A stretch of DNA of 35,895 nucleotides from NCBI RefSeq assembly GCF_001194135.2, contig NC_068981.1, positions 110,032,576 through 110,068,470 on the forward strand. Reading direction: 5' to 3'. The notes beneath the pieces were generated by a model that made no database searches, had not been told where the DNA came from, and saw only the letters and a list, made by a program, of their open reading frames with translations. Origin of the DNA: Octopus bimaculoides. Its lineage: Eukaryota. Positions 21,552 through 32,023 of the stretch are shown piece by piece. Numbering within the stretch: position 1 is the first letter of the stretch; the number at the start of each line of letters is the position of its first letter. A program made the position numbers and the translations under genes.

Positions 21552-22399
21552 TTGTGTCATCCCATAAATAATGTTTTTTTTATACTTCATTTATTTTTCA
21601 AAATTAAGATAAACAAAGTTCTTTTTTAATCTAAAATATACTCTCCTTCATTTTCTCCAATGCTCTTCTATCTATCTGGTAGACTTTCAAGGTCCCTCTT
21701 CCAAAATTCATTTGTCCATGATGAAAAAGACTCCTCCACTACTCTTCTGACACCGTCTACAGAATTCTGTCTAAGTGAAACTGCAGAATAAATGATAATC
21801 AGATAGGACAATGTTCAGCGAATATGGTGGGTGGGGTATCGTTTCCCATTCCTTTGGAATGTCATCCTGACTGTATGTGGCTGATCCTGATGGAAGAACA
21901 CCTTTCATCTTGAAATCAAAGATGATCATTTTCCTTCTAGCACTGATTTGGACGACTGGGTTGAATGACTAAATCCAAACTTCTCTGCCAGTTCCTCAAC
22001 AGTCACAATGGGATTTTTTTCCACCAGGGCTTGCAGGACATCCTCCAGGCTGTAGTCTCTGGCTCGGAATTTGTGGAACCACAGTTGAGACTGGCTTATG
22101 CTTATTGTGTAATCCCCATGTACTACATTAATATTCCTCACACTTTCCATTGTGTTGTTGATTTTATTGAACTCATAAAGCAAAATATGCCAAATATGCT
22201 CCTTTGTCACTGCCATTATAGCTTTGAAAAAATAACTATTAATATCAAACTTCAAATCTCAAAACATGCATTAACAGTAAGGACAAGGTAAAATTACTAC
22301 CTGCTTTTATAGCAAGTTGATGCAAGTAGTTTATCCTGCTCCCCTCTGACTTTTAGTTCATGCAATTGAAAAAACTGGATTACTTATGGAATGACCCAA
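21552..22399 (-). mobile_element. Internally deleted mariner of a second family
   Basis: TIRs ttgtgtcatcccataaataat (21552) and, on the minus strand, ttgggtcattccataagtaat (22399), TA at 22400. N-terminal HTH-region peptide VTKEHIWHILLYEFNK...ELAEKFGFSHST is joined to remnants of the VFFHQD and PHPPYS..I..SDYHLF regions. Confidence 0.85.
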
Positions 22400-22753
22400 T
22401 ATATATAGACAGATGATAAGCAGATTTCTTTATTATAGTACAGATGTGACTAATTCGGAGAAATATTACTTTCATTATTCACACATCATCACTCTTGTAA
22501 TGCAACACTTTGTAATTTTGGTTCAAATTGAAAGTGTGAAACTATTTTCACTTTCTAATGAAACCTGGCCATTGCTGAGCAGTGTCTTTCAAATAACTAA
22601 AGCTGGTTGTTGAGATAATGTAGAAAATATGGAATGAAAATAAAATTTATTTGGTAATCGAAAGATTACTAAATCTTTTGATACCACATGTCTAAATTGA
22701 CAGGTCAGTTTTTGAATACATAAGGAATGTAGATATACACACACACAAACTCT

Positions 22754-22791
<38 letters not shown>

Positions 22792-22802
22792 TGTGTGTCT
22801 GT

Positions 22803-22991
22803 GTTTGTCCCAACAACATCGCTTGACAACCAATGGTGGTGTGTTTATGTCCCCGTAACTTAGCGGTTCAGCAAAAGAGACCAATAGAATAAGTACTAGG
22901 CTTACAAAGAATAAGTCCTGGGGTTGATTTGCTCGACTAAAGGCGGTGCTCCAGCATGGCCGCAGTCAAATGACTGAAACAAGTAAAAGAG
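22803..22991 (+). mobile_element. SINE module B without a head
   Basis: tttgtccc...gtccccgtaacttagcggttc...ggcggtgctccagcatggccgcagtcaaatgactgaaacaagtaaaagag. Confidence 0.85.
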
Positions 22992-23019
22992 CATAGGTTC
23001 AGGAGTGTCTATAGATACA

Positions 23020-23179
23020 GGAGTGGCTGTGTGGTAAGTAGCTTGCTTACCAGTGAGTAAGTTCCGGGTTCAGTCCCACTGCATGGCACCTTGGGCAAGT
23101 GTCTTCTACTATAACCTTGGGCTGACCAAAGCCATGTGAGTGGATTTGGTAGACGGAAGCTGAAAGAAGCCCATCGTAT
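23020..23179 (+). mobile_element. SINE head/core module A
   Basis: ggagtggctgtgtggtaag, gggttcagtccc, ggcaccttgggcaagtgtctt. Confidence 0.85.
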
Positions 23180-23337
23180 GAGTGGTTGGCGTTAGGAAGG
23201 GCATCCAGCTGTAGAAACTCTGCCAAATCAGACTGGAGCCTGGTGTTGCCATCCGGTTTCACCAGTCCTCAGTCAAATCGTCCAACCCATGCTAGCATGG
23301 AAAGCAGACGTTAAACGATGATGATGATGATGATGAT
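23180..23337 (+). mobile_element. Young RTE 3' end with (GAT)n tail, joined to SINE module A
   Basis: gagtggttggcgttaggaagggcatccagc...catgctagcatggaaagcagacgttaaac(gat)n. Confidence 0.85.
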
Positions 23338-23880
23338 ATATATGCATATGAGTTCAGGACATCACAAAATGTAAGCAACATGAAACACAAAGACAAATTT
23401 GGGTATGCAAACGAGAGAAACAAATGGAAAACAAGACAAATAACATAAAGAACAACCCTTCATCAGTTGTTGGCTGTCCATCTACTCCTCATTTCAAACA
23501 TTTAACGGCAATATGAGGCTTAAATAAAATTTGGAATTTGTGGAGGTTCAAATCTGATAACAAAAACAGGACAGTGGAGACATACAACAAACCAAATGAA
23601 AACAAACATGGAGGGCTGTTAGGTCAGATGAAGTAAGGTAGTGAATGCTGGAGGAATATTGTCTTTGACAAGAGAAAAGATAGAAGAGGACACAGAAAAG
23701 AATGCGTCTGGTCTATATGACAGACTGAAGGAAAAGAAAGATGATCACATGAGGAAAAGAAAATGGACAATGGTTATGTGTGAGCAATGAGAGATAGAGA
23801 GATAGAAAACGGTGAGGGGGAGAAAAAAAGAATTAGAGAAAGGAAGAGAAAGAAAACGAAAAGGGGGAGAGAGAGAACAG

Positions 23881-24084
23881 TACAGGGTGGAGTCGCATCA
23901 AAATTATTAAGAAATGGATGCATGGCGTTCAATCATATAATAATAATATAAATAAAAAATATATATATATGCATATATACATACATATATATGTATATTA
24001 TATATGCATATATGGGTACAAGACCTCACAAAACATAAACATCATGAAATATTATTATATGACTGAACGCCACGCATCCATTTC
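23881..24084. mobile_element. MITE-like foldback element, possibly Tc1/mariner-derived
   Basis: Inverted repeat 23911-23946 vs 24049-24084 (2 mismatches over ~33 bp); TA-CAGGGTG at 23881. Confidence 0.45.
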
Positions 24085-24148
24085 CAAGTAAGTTTATCTA
24101 TCTGTATGTATGTATGTATGTATGTGTGTATATGTTTATGTGTCTATG

Positions 24149-24345
24149 TTTGTCCCCCCACCCCACCCCAACATTGCTTGACACCCAATGCTGGTGTGTT
24201 TACGTCCCTGTAACTTAGTTGTTTTGAAAAAGTGACCAACAGATTAAGTACTAGGCTTACAAAGAATAAGTCCTGAGGTTGATTTGCTTGACTAAAGGTG
24301 ATGCTCCAGCATGGCTGCATTCAAATGACTGAAACAAGTACAAGA
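24149..24345 (+). mobile_element. SINE module B without a head
   Basis: Homologous to 22803-22991, preceded by (TATG)n. Confidence 0.8.
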
Positions 24346-26268
24346 ATAAATAAATATTAGAAAGTCTGTGAGACAAATAGGATTATAAAAACATTCCTTC
24401 TACACCTTTGATGTGTTGAATATATATATGCATGCAGAAAGAAAGAGAGAGAGGGGGAGAGAAGTGAGAGAGTTAGTTTGTTTGTGCACATGGCAGTTTA
24501 GGTGACTTTTGGAATGCAAATACACACATAAAAACATATACAAAGACTGCTTCACATGCCTGTGACATGAAATGTAAGGGCAGACAAATGATGTGACAGC
24601 TTGCTTACATGTGTTCTCAACCCAATTTCAGCCAACTTCAACACATATGTACATCTGGAAGCTGTACTGGAGAACTATTTTTCTATTATATATTTATAAG
24701 TGAAAATAACCAAAAATTAGTTGTACAATACCTTCTCTGTATAACAACATAATTATATAATTACACAGACATATGAATACGAACTAATGTACCAGTGGTT
24801 AACTCTGAATGCAGGGAAATAATGTATCTTAAGGATATCTTGATGCTAGGAAGTCTTAGTAAAATACTGTACAGAGATTACATGATCTCCTTTGCTTGAT
24901 GTTTTAGATTAAAGTTAACAGATTTACACCAGGAAATGTTTTAGTAAAATAATTCAAGGAACTAAATGAAATTTGTTTAAAGGATGGTCATTCATGCTAC
25001 GCAAATGAATTAGATTATAGAAGTAAATAACCATCCCCAGTTTTCTGACTAGAATGTTTGATAATAAAAACAGGATAAAAGCCAAAAAATTAACAAAAGA
25101 TGCAGTAACCATTCTAACTACTGTCCTTATATATATATAGAAGATTCCTTCAAGTAAGTGCCAATATTAATTTTGACTCGTTAAAAATACAAAATGTGGT
25201 TTCATCTACTTGTTCCTGCTCTAGCAATTTGTAATATAAGAAAATAATTATATATATATATATATATATNNNNNNNNNNNNNNNNNNNNNNNNNNNNNNN
25301 NNNNNNNNNNNNNNNNNNNNNNNNNNNNNNNNNNNNNNNNNNNNNNNNNNNNNNNNNNNNNNNNNNNNNNNNNNNNNNNNNNNNNNNNNNNNNNNNNNNN
25401 NNNNNNNNNNNNNNNNNNNNNNNNNNNNNNNNNNNNNNNNNNNNNNNNNNNNNNNNNNNNNNNNNNNNNNNNNNNNNNNNNNNNNNNNNNNNNNNNNNNN
25501 NNNNNNNNNNNNNNNNNNNNNNNNNNNNNNNNNNNNNNNNNNNNNNNNNNNNNNNNNNNNNNNNNNNNNNNNNNNNNNNNNNNNNNNNNNNNNNNNNNNN
25601 NNNNNNNNNNNNNNNNNNNNNNNNNNNNNNNNNNNNNNNNNNNNNNNNNNNNNNNNNNNNNNNNNNNNNNNNNNNNNNNNNNNNNNNNNNNNNNNNNNNN
25701 NNNNNNNNNNNNNNNNNNNNNNNNNNNNNNNNNNNNNNNNNNNNNNNNNNNNNNNNNNNNNNNNNNNNNNNNNNNNNNNNNNNNNNNNNNNNNNNNNNNN
25801 NNNNNNNNNNNNNNNNNNNNNNNNNNNNNNNNNNNNNNNNNNNNNNNNNNNNNNNNNNNNNNNNNNNNNNNNNNNNNNNNNNNNNNNNNNNNNNNNNNNN
25901 NNNNNNNNNNNNNNNNNNNNNNNNNNNNNNNNNNNNNNNNNNNNNNNNNNNNNNNNNNNNNNNNNNNNNNNNNNNNNNNNNNNNNNNNNNNNNNNNNNNN
26001 NNNNNATAAACAGCTAAAGGGTGTATGAATTAATTTTTCATGTAGCCAAATTTTTGTATTAGAGAACTGTAAATTTTGTCTAACGGTTATTCAGTATGCT
26101 TGTATGAAGCAGTTTGTGTAAATTTAAAGGAACCTAGATTTTTTGTTTGACTATGAAATTTTTTAACTATAATTATTGATGTAGTCTGGCAGCTGTTTTG
26201 TGTCATGAACTTTTAGTTTAAATGGTTGATTTGACATTAAATTTATTTATGTTTTAGGTCCAAGGTTC

Positions 26269-26440
26269 GAAACCCGAATTTGTGCTAAAATGGAAATCCA
26301 GATTTTATGAAATCCAAATTTTCGGAATTCATATCTTTTGAAAACTAAATTTGTGAGGCCACTTTTGGTGAAACCAAAATTTGTGAATCCAGAGTTACGG
26401 ATCCAAGTTTGTGAAATCAAGGTGGTGGCGCAGAGATTCT
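26269..26440 (+). repeat. Degenerate 14-16-bp minisatellite
   Basis: Units such as gaaacccgaatttgt, gaaatccaaattttc, gaaaactaaatttgt, gaaaccaaaatttgt, ggatccaagtttgt. Confidence 0.65.
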
Positions 26441-26709
26441 CAGTCCGAATTTCTGAACTGTCTATATATGTTACCTATGTAAATATTTTGACTGCACATC
26501 TGGTGTGGCATTGGCTTATTTTTGTTCATATATATTTGTTTTGTATGTGGGCTGTTCTTTTATGCTGACAATTGTTAATAATATTTTACAAAAGACTTCA
26601 TGGTGTGTTGTTATTTTGGGTTCACCCTATCCTTGTTGATTTTGTAAATTCGGGTTATGGCCACCAGGTCGTAACAATAATATATATTACCGTTCTATAT
26701 TCAAGAGAT

Positions 26710-26775
26710 GAGGAATTATGTACATTATTTACATTTGACGGATATTTGTCCTCATCTTGTTTGTTGCTAACACAA
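26710..26775 (-). mobile_element. Solo 3' tail of the PLE terminal repeat
   Basis: 26721-26775 matches 6681-6735 at 51/55 positions. Confidence 0.8.
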
Positions 26776-27710
26776 ATAAAGTTTAATATGTAGATATGAC
26801 ATTGTAAAGTTGATTATATTGCTAGTAATATTTCAATATAGTTATATGTTGAGAACAAGAACAGAGTGTTATATAGCATAGAATTTGAATAACAATTCTC
26901 AGAGGGGATAACATGTAGTGGGAAAGTAGATACAAGATGTTCTAAGCGAGATGATTTGGAGCCAGCAAAGATATGATTCTTTGGCAAACTGTGTTATCAG
27001 TGAATGCAATGACATAACTTTCAGGACTAAGAAAAGAATACTGACTGTATATATAAGCAATCCTCCATGATTTAGCAAATTTTAGCCTTGTAAAATCCAG
27101 AAAAATGTTAAAGGTAAAGATTTTCATAAATCTGAGTTTTTTTAAATTTTGGATAAAAAAGTAGAGTGAGAGGTTTTTATTAACCTCATGATTAGGGAAA
27201 CAGAAAGCTAAGCAACCAAACAAAAGAAAAATAAATGGCGCATAAGAATATAATCTAATATGAAACAAAATGTTCTCTCTAGCTAATCATTAAACAAATA
27301 TCAATTCTAATTTATCCTCCATATTATTGTTTTTCTTTATTAAATTAACTGGATCTATTCTCTCATACAATGGTTCTTGCCAAAACAAGTTTTAAAAAAT
27401 GAGAATTCTACTTCATTATGAGTGTAAATTAAGACGATATACATCAGCACAACAACAGCTTACTGGCTGAAACCAGCAAAATAGTAATATTTGATTATAG
27501 CATCAAGTGGTAAATCCATAATCATAATACTTTAAATGAGAAGAGGAAGCCTATACAGCAAACTACTATATATCATTAGAGAAAAACTTAATGGAAAAGA
27601 TGACATAATTTGATCTCAGTTAACAAGGTAAAGAGTAATGTTAAAACAAGCATATTTCTTTTTTTTTATATACTACTATATCTTTATAGCTTGTTTGTAT
27701 TATCTTTTGT

Positions 27711-27900
27711 CTTTAACTTGTTTCAGTGGTGAAACTGTGGCCATGCTGGAGTACCACCTTGAAGAATATTTAGTTGAATGAATCAACCACAGTGCATTGT
27801 TTTTTTAGGCCTGATATTTATTCTATCAGTCTCTTCTGCTGAACAGCTAAGTAAACAGAACACCAGTTGTCAAGTGGTGGTGGGGGACAAACACATACAC
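27711..27900 (-). mobile_element. SINE module B, decayed
   Basis: acttgtttcagt...ggccatgctggagtaccacc...tgggggacaaac. Confidence 0.7.
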
Positions 27901-28207
27901 AAAGACACACACACTTTCATACCCACTCACAATTATGNNNNNNNNNNNNNNNNNNNNNNNNNNNNNNNNNNNNNNNNNNNNNNNNNNNNNNNNNNNNNNN
28001 NNNNNNNNNNNNNNNNNNNNNNNNNNNNNNNNNNNNNNNNNNNNNNNNNNNNNNNNNNNNNNNNNNNNNNNNNNNNNNNNNNNNNNNNNNNNNNNNNNNN
28101 NNNNNNNNNNNNNNNNNNNNNNNNNNNNNNNNNNNNNTGGTAGGAAACAATCTTCTTACCACACAACCATGTCTGTACTTGTATCTTATCTATAAAAGGC
28201 AGATTTT

Positions 28208-28247
<40 letters not shown>

Positions 28248-28678
28248 AAAATTCCTACATTTACACAATTCCAAATTTCTTGAATTAAAGAATCGGAATT
28301 AATATTTTAAATACAATAAGTTAGGTCACAGCGTAATTTTTTCAGTCAAAATAACTCATTACGAATAAAATCCATAAAATTACACAAATTAACATTTCCC
28401 CCCTAATAAAATCTAATTTCCTCTTTCTACTACCTTTACAAATCCTTTAAACTCCTACTTTCTCTTATGAACCTTTACAAACGAACCAACAACAAGTACA
28501 AAAAGAAAGGAAGGAGAAACACCGACAGTAAAAGAAAACTATTTCAGCATCAAAACTGAAACAACCACATTTCGATAATGTAATGACAGATACTTTCACT
28601 TTAATGGTTTCATTTTCATATACATACCTCATTCTAATTGGCAGGAATTCTAACTTATTTTGAACTCCACCATGATAA

Positions 28679-28679
<1 letters not shown>

Positions 28680-28722
<43 letters not shown>
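28680..28722. repeat. Poly(A) tract (43 nt)
   Basis: Directly visible. Confidence 0.9.
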
Positions 28723-28723
<1 letters not shown>

Positions 28724-28797
28724 CCACACATCTTTTTCACATACGACCGACAAACATTTATTCCCTACAAACTGTGAGTTTTTGGAAAATCTTTTCG

Positions 28798-28903
28798 TAA
28801 ATCTTGAGATTAACACCCGCATGATTACCTACCTAACCCTAACCCTAACCCTAAAACCCTAACCCTGTAGTGAAAATCGTGCCGGTGTTAATCTAAAAAT
28901 TTA
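28798..28903. repeat. Interstitial (CCCTAA)n block bracketed by 29-bp inverted repeats
   Basis: 28798-28826 vs 28875-28903 match at 25/29; the core is cctaaccctaaccctaaccctaaaaccctaaccct; a related copy lies at 19416-19540. Confidence 0.8.
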
Positions 28904-28966
28904 ACAATCTTTTTTAAAACATTTTTACCTACTAACATTTTTTTATTTAGTGTGTGTGTGTGTTGC

Positions 28967-29012
<46 letters not shown>

Positions 29013-29050
29013 TTAAGACTTAGTTGTGGGCTGGGAGTTTGGTCGGCAGG

Positions 29051-29052
<2 letters not shown>

Positions 29053-29090
<38 letters not shown>

Positions 29091-29258
29091 CATTATTATT
29101 TTTATTGTTATTTTAAATTTTTCCCACAAGGGCAGCTTGGGGCAGGTCGAGAATAGTCGATTATATCGACCCCTGTGTTCAACTGGTACTTATTTTTTAC
29201 ACCCCGAAAGGATGAAAGGCAAAGTCGACTTCGGCGGAATTTGAACTCAGAACGTAGA
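29053..29258 (-). mobile_element. 5'-truncated tRNA-derived SINE (family D) with (AAT)n tail
   Basis: Minus strand B-box-like gagttcaaattcc, then gtcgactttgcctttcatcctttcgggg...ataagtaccag; (ATT)n at 29053-29100. Confidence 0.75.
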
Positions 29259-30215
29259 GATGGGCACAAACCTCCTGTTGCTACACTGATTCTGCAGAAC
29301 AAGGTTGAGTGTGAAAACCAACTTTAAAGTGTAAATATAGATGTTTTTGAATACACACTCATACATACATACGTACAAATACACACATACATACAAATAA
29401 ATACATACATACAAATACCTGTCAGTCTCTTCCAAATACAATCGACAGTCAAACATTTATTCCCTACAAACCGAATTTTTTGAATATCTTTCTTAAAACG
29501 CATTTACTTACTACCATATATATAGAGAGACACAGAATACACATTAATACACACATACACACAAATACCTGTCATTTTTAAAATTTAGTGTGTGTGTGTT
29601 GCCCATCTTAATATATAATGCTGAAGTTGTGTATCTGTGTGAAGCCTTTTTCGAAGTTTATAGAAATCCACATTTTCCACTTTTTCGTAAAATTTTTTAC
29701 ATCATTGGAATTTTCTCGACGTGAACTTTTCAGTGCAGTAATTAGATTTTTAAAATTCCGTTTACTTTGTGTGATTTAAGGGAGATTTGACTGTTGCTTC
29801 TAGCAACTTTTATATTTCTTCCCTTCTACCTGGAACGGCGTTCTTACACATCGATCACACGCTCGACATATATAGAGTAAGAGTAAAAGAGGGGGGGGGG
29901 AGAGAAAGTGATACACACAAAGTCCTCCCATTTAATAGCTCTCCTCTATCCCTCTACCTCTAACATATTTTTAATAACATAGAAACGTAAAAACACACAA
30001 CAACATGCACATAAACACAAACACGTATCAACATTATAGATATAAGATTTAGTTTCTGTATGTTATATAAACATGCGCACGCATTGCTATTTTATAACTG
30101 TCTTCCGTTCTCCCTTCCTCTCTCTCTTCATTGCTCCCGTTCTCTATTCCTTTCTCCGCCTCTCTCTTTTCCTCTCTCAAACTAAAATATATAGCTTAAC
30201 TATATATATTCATTA

Positions 30216-30534
30216 CTCCTTTACTTGTTTCAGTCATTGAACTGTGGTCATGCTGGGACAAATCGACTCCAGTACTTATATTTTTTAACCCTGGAACTAA
30301 TTTTATTAGTGTCCAGGTTACACAGATGTAAAGAAACCAATATTGGTTGTCAAATGGCATGAAGGCAAAGAAAACACACACAAATGATAGCTTCCATCCC
30401 ATTTTAATCTGTTAAATTCACTCATAAGTTGGGCAATTGTTAGCCCAGGGTTATGGTAGAAGACACTTACCCAAGGTGCCATGCAGTTTAGCAACCAATT
30501 GGTTGCTAGGTAAAATTCTTAACTACACAGCTAC
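30216..30534 (-). mobile_element. Decayed bipartite SINE (A+B)
   Basis: cttgtttcagtcattgaactg...catgctgg and agaagacacttacccaaggtgcca...ctacacagctac. Confidence 0.65.
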
Positions 30535-30724
30535 ACTTGTAACTAATATGATTATATAATTGAATTTAGAATATAAACAATGTAATTGAATTTAGAATAT
30601 ATATGGAATTTACAAAACTTAAAGGTTGAGGCAAAGAAAGAAACTAAGGATAGTAGTAATGTACTCTCAATTAAAGAAAATTTACAAAATCCATTATAAG
30701 AGAGATTTATCCCTATCTGATCTA

Positions 30725-32023
30725 TTGGGTTGGCAACTAAGCTCCTGCCGTTTTTTTTTTAATTTTGGAATTTATTGCATTTTTAAATTTTGGAATCTAT
30801 TTTTTTTTGAGAATTCTATTTTTGAATTATTTTGGAATCTATTTTGATTTTGTTTCTACTTAATTTTAGTTAATTTTTGTTTATTTTCAGATCATTAAAA
30901 TGGAATGTCAAGTTAAGAAAAATGAGCATTTTTGTCACCTTCTTTTTGCTTTTAATCAAGGTTCTAAGGCCGCAAAAGCTACTCGCGACATTTGTGCTGT
31001 GTATGGAGTAGGTGCCATAGCTGAAAGAACTGCTTGTGATTGGTATGCCAAGTTCAAAAATGGAAATTTTGACTTCAAAGACGCACCTCATTCTGGCCGT
31101 CCAGTTGAGTTTGATGAAGTGCGATTAAACCAACTTTTGCTCAAAAATTCTTGTCAAACAACAAGGGAACTGGCAGAGAAAATGGAATGACCCCACACTG
31201 CTATATAGAGAAGCATCTTCACTTGATGGGAAGGGTTCAGAAGCAACTACGAGCCACAATCTCCGCTGGTTTGCTTGCTCATCACCGCTCAACTCATGGA
31301 CACAAGCTTGCTTGCTTTTCACTACTCAACACATGGACACAAGCTTGCTTGCTCGTTACCGCTCAACTCATGGACACAAGCAATGATTTCTTTACCAAAT
31401 TGTTACGGAAAAATGGTGCCTGTACATCAATATGAAACAGCGTAAGGAATGGCTTAGCCCCGGTAAACAAGCGGCACCGCACGTGAAATGATGTTGTGCA
31501 TATGGTGGGACTGGGAAGGGATTATCCATTACGAATTGCTTGAACAGAATCAAACGGTCAATGCGGAACTCTATGTCCAACAAATGGAACGACTCAACAT
31601 GGCTATTCAAGAGAAAAGACCCTAAGCGGCAGCATGGAGTTCTGCTGCACAACAACGCCCGCCCTCATATCACCAATATGACCAAGGAAGCCATTCAAAT
31701 GCATGGCTGAGAAGTGCTGCCACACCCGCTGTGCTCTCCTGATTTGGCACAAACAGATTTCCACCTCTTTCGATTTCTTTTAATTGCTACGCAGGGAATT
31801 TCATTCAATACTGATGCAGAATTGAGAGCTTGGTTGGATCAATTTTTCGAGTCGAAATTGGGTGATTCCTACCAACGAGGTATCGAAAATCTTGTTGAAT
31901 GTTGGGAAGAAGTTATAAACAAGGATGAATACACTATTGATTAATTAGTTGTTATTTTTTATTAAACCTTTAAAAAAATTTAAATTAAAAAAAAAAACAG
32001 CGGGAACTTAGTTACTAACCCAA
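30725..32023 (+). mobile_element. Full-length-size (1299 bp) inactive mariner, same family as 13363-14537
   Basis: TIRs ttgggttggcaactaagctcctgccg and cagcgggaacttagttactaacccaa, TA on both sides (30723-24, 32024-25). ORF 30900-31190 MECQVKKNEHF..., then a stop, deletions and an internal triplication. About 7 differences over a ~127-bp coding stretch compared with copy 1. Confidence 0.93.

Noticed and set aside
23455-23500. Minus-strand GAAA...CTGATGA as a possible hammerhead
   Set aside because: Core boxes are in the wrong order for type I, and the stems needed for type II do not pair.
12966-28283. ORFs containing long X runs
   Set aside because: They span N gaps (13150-13362, 15272-15694, 20193-20453, 27938-28137); other gaps are at 9102-9115 and 25270-26005.
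29606-29810. A|TCTTAATATATAA as a possible Helitron 5' end
   Set aside because: No matching hairpin-CTRR 3' end was found downstream.
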